Of a stretch of 64,000 bases of DNA, positions 36,625 to 51,093 are shown in pieces. The notes beneath the pieces are model-generated. The model was not told where the DNA came from and searched no databases. It was given only the letters and a program-made list of their open reading frames with translations. How positions within the stretch are numbered: position 1 is the stretch's first letter; each line of letters begins with the position of its first letter. The translations under genes and the position numbers were made by a program. Origin of the DNA: Haliotis rufescens (lineage: Eukaryota); NCBI RefSeq assembly GCF_023055435.1, contig NW_025963779.1:81282001-81346000 (forward strand). Reading direction: 5' to 3'.

Positions 36625-38815
36625 ATATGTACGCCCTCTGCTAAAACATTCTTGAAGCTCTTGAACGACAAGGTGTCACCATATACTTTTGCATAGCCCA
36701 TGGTATACTTTTATTAAGAACAACATTGACAAACGAACATTCTACTCATAATTTGATTAAGGCATGCAAGCCCTATATATTTCCTATCAATTCATTTATT
36801 TATACTTCACTATCTGGATGATAACTGCAAATGATAATTATATTTAATGTAATGATGCTCCATGTTACGGTCATGAAGAAAAGTCAGTGCAGATTTAATG
36901 TTCACATTTCAGCAGTGACTCTTCACGCACGCCTCTAGTAACACGGTTAAAAAACCTGTTGAAACAGTTCCTGTTAAAGAACAGATCTCAATGTATTTCA
37001 TATGTAGTGTGATCTACAAATGGAACCTGCATTTCATAGAAAGAAATATATCATTGATTACAATGTAACAACATCGGAGCTCTGAAAGGGTCTTCCTATA
37101 TCATTAATACTGAAAAAGAGGAATGTGCAGTGGGGAGTATGGCTAATCAAGGAGTTGTATGTAAGGTGAGGTGAGGTGATATGGGGTTTAACGTCGCGTC
37201 CAAGATTATTGCACTTATATAGCGACGTGCATGCACGTGTATGTGTGTGTGTGGCTGCTTGTACTAGTCCGGACTGATGCCGATTTATAGTGCTAGCCCA
37301 CTGAGATACCATGCCGCAGTTTAACATGAATACCCCACTCAGACAGAGTATATTGACTCCGAGCCGACCAGTCCTTGTTTTAGCCCCTTAATGCCGAGCG
37401 CCAGACAGGGTAACAACAAGTATCATCTTTTAACGTCTTTTGGTATGACGCGGCTGGGGATCGAACCCCGGACCTTCCGCTCTCCGAGCGGACGCTCTAC
37501 CATTAGACCACGGAGGCGGTCCAGTTGTATGTAAAGAGCATACGGCAAAGGGATAAATGTAGGATGGTAACTAAAGCTGCGGAATGGCTTGACTATGCAG
37601 CCACGGAATGGTACGACTGTATGGGGGCACATTTCAAACCTTGTGACTGTCCATTCTTGCCATTACCAAAAACCTGTCGAGTCGTTTACTACTTTCCCAA
37701 GAAAGCTTAATAATAATCCTTACTTTTACAGATGGCATATAGGTTTAGGTGCTTCTCACGTATAAAGAATGCCGACATTTGCATTTTTGTAAATTTCATC
37801 ATGGACAGAGAGTGTTGGATACTACAGAAGACTAATGGTAAACATTTGTTTGTGTGTTACCGAAGGCACACGATCAGGTGGCTATTATATATGAATATGT
37901 GACCTTGTTATGGAACATTAATTGCCAACTTCTGTTCTTGTTGTTTTCCAGACTACGTGCTTGTCGCTTTGTTTGTTTGTTTCTTTGTTTGTTTGTTTGT
38001 TTGTTTGTTTGTTTAACGCCGCACTCGACAATATTTCAGCTAAATTACGGCGGTCTGTAAATATTCCAGTCTGGACCAGACAATCCAGTGATTGACACTA
38101 TGAGCATCGATCTATGCAATCGGGATACAATAACATGCATCAACCAAGTCAGCAAGCCTGACCACCCGATCCCGTTAGTCGCCTCTTACAGCAAGCATGG
38201 GTTGCTGAAGACCTATATTCTAAACCGGATGCTCACGGATCCGGGCTGCAGGGACGAGAGTCAACACTGTAAAGTTGATCAATGTCATTGAGGAATATAC
38301 ATATCTGAACCTCCATATTGCATACAAACAACTTTCACGTGCGAATGAATGACACTTTTTTAGAATCCTACGCTATTTCTGTCAATAACAGGTACTCGGT
38401 GCCACATGCTTGTCGTAAGAGCTGACTTATGAAGGCGACCAGATGTTTATTGTGTGTGACCTGACTGATTGTGCGTCACCGTGCCGCATGGTTTTGTGCC
38501 TCTGCCATGGTGTAATTTGACAAAGGCTGACTGTAGCGTTAAACAACACTCTCTCATTCACCCACTCATTCGCTCATGCCAGTAAACTAGTACACGCGTT
38601 TCTCTTTCATTTTGATGATTTATATCTCACTGTTCCGATACAACTCTCTTAATAACATTTTTTTCCTTTTGTAACATAGCCCCAACACTACTATGAATAA
38701 AAAACGTAAGACATTGTTTCAATGATTGTGTTTTATGTGACATATTTCAAACCGGATACAATAAATAATGTACATATTGATGATGCAGATGAATTGTGAC
38801 ACTGGAGCGACAACC

Positions 38816-39354
38816 TTAGTAGTAGCCATATCCAATACCTGCAACAAAAAGAAGAGGTTTTTGTTTAAGAATATTTTCCGTACAAAGTCATTTCTACGTC
38901 TCGTTATAATTTCTATATTCAATATATCGATAGGTTAGTTATGCTGCATGTGTCCAATGAAGGTGGAAAATAAGTTTGGTGTAATTAGCTTACTTATAAT
39001 CTGTCAAAGTATTAGGTATATGTGAGGGTCAATAATATTCTCGGCATGATTGTATTTGCATTTACCTTTTCCGAAACCTCCGATTCCTCCGTACAGTCCT
39101 CCTAGTCCGTGGCCTCCGTATAAACCACCCATTCCGTAGCCTCCGTATAGACCACCCATTCCGTAGCCTCCGTACAGTCCTCCCAAACCGTAACCTCCGT
39201 ACAGACCTCCCATTCCGTAGCCTCCGTACAGACCACCCATTCCGTAGCCTCCGTACAGACCACCCTTTCCGAAGCCTCCGTGCAGACCATAGCTCACAGG
39301 CTCAGCAAAGGCAGCGACAGCCAGACAGGCAACAAGGGCGATAACTTTCATCAT
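38816..39354 (-). CDS. Secreted Gly/Tyr-rich repeat protein, copy 4 (join 39354-39066, 38838-38816); variant F46Y
   Basis: Intact ORF, splice sites and TATA. Confidence 0.9.
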
Positions 39355-42300
39355 TTTGGAAGGCTGAAAAGGAGTTTTTCATTCATTATTCAAGTCTGTA
39401 AGAAAATCCGTTTCTGTACCAACTTGTGGTCGCTATTCTACACTTTTTTATTTTGTTGCTTTAAGTAGAACTTTATCTGATTTGAAAACTAAAAACACAT
39501 TTGGAGGATTCAATCAATATTACAAATAGTAATCAGTAAAAGTTTGAAATAGCATTACAGCAACAACTACTGACTAACACTCATAAAACGGCAACGTAAA
39601 ATACAGCGTTAACAGGGACAGGCTGAATACCCCGTAAAACACAAAACAACTGATACTCACAGAGTGTGTTGATTAGACTGGATCTAAACGTGAAGAGAGG
39701 CGACAGCAGTGATAGCTAGTGCTTGAAAACAAGACGCTTATATACACCTGTATTCGGTCCACACCCGGAACTGACTAATTACAAGTATATTATCTAATTC
39801 AGCACCAATTTGCAACACCTTTTAAGAATCATTGCTAACAGAATTCCGTTTCCCTATGCCCCCAGGGACTATGTCCAATGCAATGTATGTGTGTAGGTGC
39901 GGGCGAATGATTAGGGAAGTAATTACATCACTGACAAATGACCCGTGATGAAATTGCGTCGATATGCGTAGATTCGTGTATAAATACCGATACAGATGAG
40001 CATAGCCAGTCTTTTCCTATGTGCTCTGTGAAAAAAACCAATTCTATCACAATGACCCAGTAACGGGTATTGTTATAATTGTAATAATAAAAGACAGTGT
40101 GTAATTCATTTCACCTCCTAGATGGTTACTCTATAAAGTAATATCTCTTAAAGGAAAGTCTTCCCAAACATACATGGAGAGCAGGTTACCTTCCGAACAT
40201 GGTGCTTCGATCCATTTTACCACCATTCTTTTTCGACATGTGTATGTATAATATACATGGCTTTCCTAAAAGCTTATAACTTTCCCCATTTCTAGGCATC
40301 GGTTTGGGATGGGTCGTTGTTGCTGCGCTGTGGATCCTTATATTTGATATTCATCTCAACTCTGACATTTAAATAAGGATTCGCTGACTTACATCGTATC
40401 TGCTCCTAATTATAAATTACCTNNNNNNNNNNNNNNNNNNNNNNNNNNNNNNNNNNNNNNNNNNNNNNNNNNNNNNNNNNNNNNNNNNNNNNNNNNNNNN
40501 NNNNNNNNNNNNNNNNNNNNNNNNNNNNNNNNNNNNNNNNNNNNNNNNNNNNNNNNACATTCTTGAAACTCTTGAACGACAAGGTGTCACCATATACTTT
40601 TGCATAGCCCATTGTATACTTTTATTAAGAACAACATTGACAAACGAACATTCTACTCATAATTTGATTAAGGCATGCAAGCCCTATATATTTCCTATCA
40701 ATTCATTTATTTATACTTCACTATCTGGATGATAACTGCAAATGATAATTATATTTAATGTAATGATGCTCCATGTTACGGTCATGAAGAAAAGTCAGTG
40801 CAGATTTAATGTTCACATTTCAGCAGTGACTCTTCACGCACGCCTCTAGTAACACGGTTAAAAAACCTGTTGAAACAGTTCCTGTTAAAGAACAGATCTC
40901 AATGTATTTCATATGTAGTGTGATCTACAAATGGAACCTGCATTTCATAGAAAGAAATATATCATTGATTACAATGTAACAACATCGGAGCTCTGAAAGG
41001 GTCTTCCTATATCATTAATACTGAAAAAGAGGAATGTGCAGTGGGGAGTATGGCTAATCAAGGAGTTGTATGTAAGGTGAGGTGAGGTGATATGGGGTTT
41101 AACGTCGCGTCCAAGATTATTGCACTTATATAGCGACGTGCATGCACGTGTATGTGTGTGTGTGGCTGCTTGTACTAGTCCGGACTGATGCCGATTTATA
41201 GTGCTAGCCCACTGAGATACCATGCCGCAGTTTAACATGAATACCCCACTCAGACAGAGTATATTGACTCCGAGCCGACCAGTCCTTGTTTTAGCCCCTT
41301 AATGCCGAGCGCCAGACAGGGTAACAACAAGTATCATCTTTTAACGTCTTTTGGTATGACGCGGCTGGGGATCGAACCCCGGACCTTCCGCTCTCCGGGC
41401 GGACGCTCTACCATTAGACCACGGAGGCGGTCCAGTTGTATGTAAAGAGCATACGGCAAAGGGATAAATGTAGGATGGTAACTAAAGCTGCGGAATGGCT
41501 TGACTATGCAGCCACGGAATGGTACGACTGTATGGGGGCACATTTCAAACCTTGTGACTGTCCATTCTTGCCATTACCAAAAACCTGTCGAGTCGTTTAC
41601 TACTTTCCCAAGAAAGCTTAATAATAATCCTTACTTTTACAGATGGCATATAGGTTTAGGTGCTTCTCACGTATAAAGAATGCCGACATTTGCATTTTTG
41701 TAAATTTCATCATGGACAGAGAGTGTTGGATACTACAGAAGACTAATGGTAAACATTTGTTTGTGTGTTACCGAAGGCACACGATCAGGTGGCTATTATA
41801 TATGAATATGTGACCTTGTTATGGAACATTAATTGCCAACTTCTGTTCTTGTTGTTTTCCAGACTACGTGCTTGTCGCTTTGTTTGTTTGTTTGTTTGTT
41901 TGTTTAACGCCGCACTCGACAATATTTCAGCTAAATTACGGCGGTCTGTAAATATTCCAGTCTGGACCAGACAATCCAGTGATTGACACTATGAGCATCG
42001 ATCTATGCAATCGGGATACAATAACATGCATCAACCAAGTCAGCAAGCCTGACCACCCGATCCCGTTAGTCGCCTCTTACAGCAAGCATGGGTTGCTGAA
42101 GACCTATATTCTAAACCGGATGCTCACGGATCCGGGCTGCAGGGACGAGAGTCAACACTGTAAAGTTGATCAATGTCATTGAGGAATATACATATCTGAA
42201 CCTCCATATTGCATACAAACAACTTTCACGTGCGAATGAATGACACTTTTTTAGAATCCTACGCTATTTCTGTCAATAACAGGTACTCGGTGCCACATGC

Positions 42301-42707
42301 TTGTCGTAAGAGCTGACTTATGAAGGCGACCAGATGTTTATTGTGTGTGACCTGACTGATTGTGCGTCACCGTGCCGCATGGTTTTGTGCCTCTGCCATG
42401 GTGTAATTTGACAAAGGCTGACTGTAGCGTTAAACAACACTCTCTCATTCACCCACTCATTCGCTCATGCCAGTAAACTAGTATACGCGTTTCTCTTTCA
42501 TTTTGATGATTTATATCTCACTGTTCCGATACAACTCTCTTAATAACATTTTTTTCCTTTTGTAACATAGCCCCAACACTACTATGAATAAAAAAACGTA
42601 AGACATTGTTTCAATGATTGTGTTTTATGTGACATTTTTCAAACCGGATACAATAAATAATGTACATATTGATGATGCAGATGAATTGTGACACTGGAGC
42701 GACAACC

Positions 42708-43246
42708 TTAGTAGTAGCCATATCCAATACCTGCAACAAAAAGAAGAGGTTTTTGTTTAAGAATATTTTCCGTACAAAGTCATTTCTACGTCTCGTAATA
42801 ATTTCTATATTCAATATATCGATAGGTTAGTTATGCTGCATGTGTCCAATGAAGGTGGAAAATAAGTTTGGTGTAATTAGCTTACTTATAATCTGTCAAA
42901 GTATTAGGTATATGTGAGGGTCAATAATATTCTCGGCATGATTGTATTTGCATTTACCTTTTCCGAAACCTCCGATTCCTCCGTACAGTCCTCCTAGTCC
43001 GTGGCCTCCGTATAGACCACCCATTCCGTAGCCTCCGTATAGACCACCCATTCCGTAGCCTCCGTACAGTCCTCCCAAACCGTAACCTCCGTACAGACCT
43101 CCCATTCCGAAGCCTCCGTACAGACCACCCATTCCGTAGCCTCCGTACAGACCACCCTTTCCGAAGCCTCCGTGCAGACCATAGCTCACAGGCTCAGCAA
43201 AGGCAGCGACAGCCAGACAGGCAACAAGGGCGATAACTTTCATCAT
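42708..43246 (-). CDS. Secreted Gly/Tyr-rich repeat protein, copy 5 (join 43246-42958, 42730-42708)
   Basis: Intact ORF, splice sites and TATA; consensus protein. Confidence 0.9.
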
Positions 43247-46200
43247 TTTGGAAGGCTGAAAAGGAGTTTTTCATTCATTATTCAAGTCTGTAAGAAAATC
43301 CGTTTCTGTACCAACTTGTGGTCGCTATTCTACACTTTTTTATTTTGTTGCTTTAAGTAGAACTTTATCTGATTTGAAAACTAAAAACACATTTGGAGGA
43401 TTCAATCAATATTACAAATAGTAATCAGTAAAAGTTTGAAATAGCATTACAGCAACAACTACTGACTAACACTCATAAAACGGCAACGTAAAATACAGCG
43501 TTAACAGGGACAGGCTGAATACCCCGTAAAACACAAAACAACTGATACTCACAGGGTGTGTTGATTAGACTGGATCTAAACGTGAAGAGAGGCGACAGCA
43601 GTGATAGCTAGTGCTTGAAAACAAGACGCTTATATACACCTGTATTCGGTCCACTACCGGAACTGACTAATTACAAGTATGTTATCTAATTCAGCACCAA
43701 TTTGCAACACCTTTTAAGAATCATTGCTAACAGAATTCCGTTTCCCTATGCCCCCAGGGACTATGTCCAATGCAATGTATGTGTGTAGGTGCGGGCGAAT
43801 GATTAGGGAAGTAATTACATCACTGACAAATGACCCGTGATGAAATTGCGTCGATATGCGTAGATTCGTGTATAAATACCGATACAGATGAGCATAGCCA
43901 GTCTTTTCCTATGTGGTCTGTGAAAAAAACCCAATTCTATCACAATGACCCAGTAACGGGTATTGTTATAATTGTAATAATAAAAGACAGTGTGTAATTC
44001 ATTTCACCTCCTAGATGGTTACTCTATAAAGTAATATCTCTTAAAGGAAAGTCTTCCCAAACATACATGGAGAGCAGGTTACCTTCCGAACATGGTGCTT
44101 CGATCCATTTTACAACCATTCTTTTTCGACATGTGTATGTGTAATATACATGGCTTTCCTAAAAGCTTATAACTTTCCCCATTTCTAGGCATCGGTTTGG
44201 GATGGGTCGTTGTTGCTGCGCTGTGGATCCTTATATTTGATATTCATCTCACCTCTGACATTTAAATAAGGATTCGCTTACTTACATCGTATCTGCTCCT
44301 AATTATAAATTACCTAATNNNNNNNNNNNNNNNNNNNNNNNNNNNNNNNNNNNNNNNNNNNNNNNNNNNNNNNNNNNNNNNNNNNNNNNNNNNNNNNNNN
44401 NNNNNNNNNNNNNNNNNNNNNNNNNNNNNNNNNNNNNNNNNNNNNNNNNNNNNNNNNNNNNNNNNNNNNNNNNNNNNNNNNACATTCTTGAAACTCTTGA
44501 ACGACAAGGTGTCACCATATACTTTTGCATAGCCCATTGTATACTTTTATTAAGAACAACATTGACAAACGAACATTCTACTCATAATTTGATTAAGGCA
44601 TGCAAGCCCTATATATTTCCTATCAATTCATTTATTTATACTTCACTATCTGGATGATAACTGCAAATGATAATTATATTTAATGTAATGATGCTCCATG
44701 TTACGGTCATGAAGAAAAGTCAGTGCAGATTTAATGTTCACATTTCAGCAGTGACTCTTCACGCACGCCTCTAGTAACACGGTTAAAAAACCTGTTGAAA
44801 CAGTTCCTGTTAAAGAACAGATCTCAATGTATTTCATATGTAGTGTGATCTACAAATGGAACCTGCATTTCATAGAAAGAAATATATCATTGATTACAAT
44901 GTAACAACATCGGAGCTCTGAAAGGGTCTTCCTATATCATTAATACTGAAAAAGAGGAATGTGCAGTGGGGAGTATGGCTAATCAAGGAGTTGTATGTAA
45001 GGTGAGGTGAGGTGATATGGGGTTTAACGTCGCGTCCAAGATTATTGCACTTATATAGCGACGTGCATGCACGTGTATGTGTGTGTGTGGCTGCTTGTAC
45101 TAGTCCGGACTGATGCCGATTTATAGTGCTAGCCCACTGAGATACCATGCCGCAGTTTAACATGAATACCCCACTCAGACAGAGTATATTGACTCCGAGC
45201 CGACCAGTCCTTGTTTTAGCCCCTTAATGCCGAGCGCCAGACAGGGTAACAACAAGTATCATCTTTTAACGTCTTTTGGTATGACGCGGCTGGGGATCGA
45301 ACCCCGGACCTTCCGCTCTCCGGGCGGACGCTCTACCATTAGACCACGGAGGCGGTCCAGTTGTATGTAAAGAGCATACGGCAAAGGGATAAATGTAGGA
45401 TGGTAACTAAAGCTGCGGAATGGCTTGACTATGCAGCCACGGAATGGTACGACTGTATGGGGGCACATTTCAAACCTTGTGACTGTCCATTCTTGCCATT
45501 ACCAAAAACCTGTCGAGTCGTTTACTACTTTCCCAAGAAAGCTTAATAATAATCCTTACTTTTACAGATGGCATATAGGTTTAGGTGCTTCTCACGTATA
45601 AAGAATGCCGACATTTGCATTTTTGTAAATTTCATCATGGACAGAGAGTGTTGGATACTACAGAAGACTAATGGTAAACATTTGTTTGTGTGTTACCGAA
45701 GGCACACGATCAGGTGGCTATTATATATGAATATGTGACCTTGTTATGGAACATTAATTGCCAACTTCTGTTCTTGTTGTTTTCCAGACTACGTGCTTGT
45801 CGCTTTCTTTGTTTGTTTGTTTGTTTGTTTGTTTGTTTGTTTGTTTGTTTGTTTGTTTAACGCCGCACTCGACAATATTTCAGCTAAATTACGGCGGTCT
45901 GTAAATATTCCAGTCTGGACCAGACAATCCAGTGATTGACACTATGAGCATCGATCTATGCAATCGGGATACAATAACATGCATCAACCAAGTCAGCAAG
46001 CCTGACCACCCGATCCCGTTAGTCGCCTCTTACAGCAAGCATGGGTTGCTGAAGACCTATATTCTAAACCGGATGCTCACGGATCCGGGCTGCAGGGACG
46101 AGAGTCAACACTGTAAAGTTGATCAATGTCATTGAGGAATATACATATCTGAACCTTCATATTGCATACAAACAACTTTCACCTGCGAATGAATGACACT

Positions 46201-46659
46201 TTTTTAGAATCCTACGCTATTTCTGTCAATAACAGGTACTCGGTGCCACATGCTTGTCGTAAGAGCTGACTTATGAAGGCGACCAGATGTTTATTGTGTG
46301 TGACCTGACTGATTGTGCGTCACCGTGCCGCATGGTTTTGTGCCTCTGCCATGGTGTAATTTGACAAAGGCTGACTGTAGCGTTAAACAACACTCTCTCA
46401 TTCACCCACTCATTCGCTCATGCCAGTAAACTAGTATACGCGTTTCTCTTTCATTTTGATGATTTATATCTCACTGTTCCGATACAACTCTCTTAATAAC
46501 ATTTTTTTCCTTTTGTAACATAGCCCCAACACTACTATGAATAAAAAACGTAAGACATTGTTTCAATGATTGTGTTTTATGTGACATATTTCAAACCGGA
46601 TACAATAAATAATGTACATATTGATGATGCAGATGAATTGTGACACTGGAGCGACAACC

Positions 46660-47198
46660 TTAGTAGTAGCCATATCCAATACCTGCAACAAAAAGAAGAG
46701 GTTTTTGTTTAAGAATATTTTCCGTACAAAGTCATTTCTACGTCTCGTAATAATTTCTATATTCAATATATCGATAGGTTAGTTATGCTGCATGTGTCCA
46801 ATGAAGGTGGAAAATAAGTTTGGTGTAATTAGCTTACTTATAATCTGTCAAAGTATTAGGTATATGTGAGGGTCAATAATATTCTCGGCATGATTGTATT
46901 TGCATTTACCTTTTCCGAAACCTCCGATTCCTCCGTACAGTCCTCCTAGTCCGTGGCCTCCGTATAGACCACCCATTCCGTAGCCTCCGTATAGACCACC
47001 CATTCCGTAGCCTCCGTACAGTCCTCCCAAACCGTAACCTCCGTACAGACCTCCCATTCCGAAGCCTCCGTACAGACCACCCATTCCGTAGCCTCCGTAC
47101 AGACCACCCTTTCCGAAGCCTCCGTGCAGACCATAGCTCACAGGCTCAGCAAAGGCAGCGACAGCCAGACAGGCAACAAGGGCGATAACTTTCATCAT
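46660..47198 (-). CDS. Secreted Gly/Tyr-rich repeat protein, copy 6 (join 47198-46910, 46682-46660)
   Basis: Intact ORF, splice sites and TATA; consensus protein. Confidence 0.9.
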
Positions 47199-50100
47199 TT
47201 TGGAAGGCTGAAAAGGAGTTTTTCATTCATTATTCAAGTCTGTAAGAAAATCCGTTTCTGTACCAACTTGTGGTCGCTATTCTACACTTTTTTATTTTGT
47301 TGCTTTAAGTAGAACTTTATCTGATTTGAAAACTAAAAACACATTTGGAGGATTCAATCAATATTACAAATAGTAATCAGTAAAAGTTTGAAATAGCATT
47401 ACAGCAACAACTACTGACTAACACTCATAAAACGGCAACGTAAAATACAGCGTTAACAGCGACAGGCTGAATACCCCGTAAAACACAAAACAACTGATAC
47501 TCACAGAGTGTGTTGATTAGACTGGATCTAAACGTGAAGAGAGGCGACAGCAGTGATAGCTAGTGCTTGAAAACAAGACGCTTATATACACCTGTATTCG
47601 GTCCACACCCGGAACTGACTAATTACAAGTATATTATCTAATTCAGCACCAATTTGCAACACCTTTTAAGAATCATTGCTAACAGAATTCCGTTTCCCTA
47701 TGCCCCCAGGGACTATGTCCAATGCAATGTATGTGTGTAGGTGCGGGCGAATGATTAGGGAAGTAATTACATCACTGACAAATGACCCGTGATGAAATTG
47801 CGTCGATATGCGTAGATTCGTGTATAAATACCGATACAGATGAGCATAGCCAGTCTTTTCCTATGAGTTTTGTGAAAAAACCCAATTCTATCACAATGAC
47901 CCAGTAACGGGTATTGTTATAATTGTAATAATAAAAGACAGTGTGTAATTCATTTCACCTCCTAGATGGTTACTCTATAAAGTAATATCTCTTAAAGGAA
48001 AGTCTTCCCAAACATACATGGAGAGCAGGTTACCTTCCGAACATGGTGCTTCGATCCATTTTACCACCATTCTTTTTCGACATGTGTATGTATAATATAC
48101 ATGGCTTTCCTAAAAGCTTATAACTTTCCCCATTTCTAGGCATCGGTTTGGGATGGGTCGTTGTTGCTGCGCTGTGGATCCTTATATTTGATATTCATCT
48201 CACCTCTGACATTTAAATAAGGATTCGCTGACTTACATCGTATCTGCTCCTAATTATAAATTACCTNNNNNNNNNNNNNNNNNNNNNNNNNNNNNNNNNN
48301 NNNNNNNNNNNNNNNNNNNNNNNNNNNNNNNNNNNNNNNNNNNNNNNNNNNNNNNNNNNNNNNNNNNNNNNNNNNNNNNNNNNNNNNNNNNNNNNNNNNN
48401 NNNNNNNNACATTCTTGAAACTCTTGAACGACAAGGTGTCACCATATACTTTTGCATAGCCCATTGTATACTTTTATTAAGAACAACATTGACAAACGAA
48501 CATTCTACTCATAATTTGATTAAGGCATGCAAGCCCTATATATTTCCTATCAATTCATTTATTTATACTTCACTATCTGGATGATAACTGCAAATGATAA
48601 TTATATTTAATGTAATGATGCTCCATGTTACGGTCATGAAGAAAAGTCAGTGCAGATTTAATGTTCACATTTCAGCAGTGACTCTTCACGCACGCCTCTA
48701 GTAACACGGTTAAAAAACCTGTTGAAACAGTTCCTGTTAAAGAACAGATCTCAATGTATTTCATATGTAGTGTGATCTACAAATGGAACCTGCATTTCAT
48801 AGAAAGAAATATATCATTGATTACAATGTAACAACATCGGAGCTCTGAAAGGGTCTTCCTATATCATTAATACTGAAAAAGAGGAATGTGCAGTGGGGAG
48901 TATGGCTAATCAAGGAGTTGTATGTAAGGTGAGGTGAGGTGATATGGGGTTTAACGTCGCGTTCAAGATTATTGCACTTATATAGCGACGTGCATGCACG
49001 TGTATGTGTGTGTGTGGCTGCTTGTACTACTCCGGACTGATGCCGATTTATAGTGCTAGCCCACTGAGATACCATGCCGCAGTTTAACATGAATACCCCA
49101 CTCAGACAGAGTATATTGACTCCGAGCCGACCAGTCCTTGTTTTAGCCCCTTAATGCCGAGCGCCAGACAGGGTAACAACAAGTATCATCTTTTAACGTC
49201 TTTTGGTATGACGCGGCTGGGGATCGAACCCCGGACCTTCCGCTCTCCGGGCGGACGTTCTACCATTAGACCACGGAGGCGGTCCAGTTGTATGTAAAGA
49301 GCATACGGCAAAGGGATAAATGTAGGATGGTAACTAAAGCTGCGGAATGGCTTGACTATGCAGCCACGGAATGGTACGACTGTATGGGGGCACATTTCAA
49401 ACCTTGTGACTGTCCATTCTTGCCATTACCAAAAACCTGTCGAGTCGTTTACTACTTTCCCAAGAAAGCTTAATAATAATCCTTACTTTTACAGATGGCA
49501 TATAGGTTTAGGTGCTTCTCACGTATAAAGAATGCCGACATTTGCATTTTTGTAAATTTCATCATGGACAGAGAGTGTTGGATACTACAGAAGACTAATG
49601 GTAAACATTTGTTTGTGTGTTACCGAAGGCACACGATCAGGTGGCTATTATATATGAATATGTGACCTTGTTATGGAACATTAATTGCCAACTTCTGTTC
49701 TTGTTGTTTTCCAGACTACGTGCTTGTCGCTTTGTTTGTTTGTTTGTTTGTTTAACGCCGCACTCGACAATATTTCAGCTAAATTACGGCGGTCTGTAAA
49801 TATTCCAGTCTGGACCAGACAATCCAGTGATTGACACTATGAGCATCGATCTATGCAATCGGGATACAATAACATGCATCAACCAAGTCAGCAAGCCTGA
49901 CCACCCGATCCCGTTAGTCGCCTCTTACAGCAAGCATGGGTTGCTGAAGACCTATATTCTAAACCGGATGCTCACGGATCCGGGCTGCAGGGACGAGAGT
50001 CAACACTGTAAAGTTGATCAATGTCATTAAGGAATATACATATCTGAACCACCATATTGCATACAAACAACTTTCACGTGCGAATGAATGACACTTTTTT

Positions 50101-50554
50101 AGAATCCTACGCTATTTCTGTCAATAACAGGTACTCGGTGCCACATGCTTGTCGTAAGAGCTGACTTATGAAGGCGACCAGATGTTTATTGTGTGTGACC
50201 TGACTGATTGTGCGTCACCGTGCCGCATGGTTTTGTGCCTCTGCCATGGTGTAATTTGACAAAGGCTGACTGTAGCGTCAAACAACACTCTCTCATTCAC
50301 CCACTCATTCGCTCATGCCAGTAAACTAGTATACGCGTTTCTCTTTCATTTTGATGATTTATATCTCACTGTTCCGATACAACTCTCTTAATAACATTTT
50401 TTTCCTTTTGTAACATAGCCCCAACACTACTATGAATAAAAAACGTAAGACATTGTTTCAATGATTGTGTTTTATGTGACATATTTCAAACCGGATACAA
50501 TAAATAATGTACATATTGATGATGCAGATGAATTGTGACACTGGAGCGACAACC

Positions 50555-51093
50555 TTAGTAGTAGCCATATCCAATACCTGCAACAAAAAGAAGAGGTTTT
50601 TGTTTAAGAATATTTTCCGTACAAAGTCATTTCTACGTCTCGTAATAATTTCTATATTCAATATATCGATAGGTTAGTTATGCTGCATGTGTCCAATGAA
50701 GGTGGAAAATAAGTTTGGTGTAATTAGCTTACTTATAATCTGTCAAAGTATTAGGTATATGTGAGGGTCAATAATATTCTCGGCATGATTGTATTTGCAT
50801 TTACCTTTTCCGAAACCTCCGATTCCTCCGTACAGTCCTCCTAGTCCGTGGCCTCCGTATAGACCACCCATTCCGTAGCCTCCGTATAGACCACCCATTC
50901 CGTAGCCTCCGTACAGTCCTCCCAAACCGTAACCTCCGTACAGACCTCCCATTCCGAAGCCTCCGTACAGACCACCCATTCCGTAGCCTCCGTACAGACC
51001 ACCCTTTCCGAAGCCTCCGTGCAGACCATAGCTCACAGGCTCAGCAAAGGCAGCGACAGCCAGACAGGCAACAAGGGCGATAACTTTCATCAT
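50555..51093 (-). CDS. Secreted Gly/Tyr-rich repeat protein, copy 7 (join 51093-50805, 50577-50555)
   Basis: Intact ORF, splice sites and TATA; consensus protein. Confidence 0.9.
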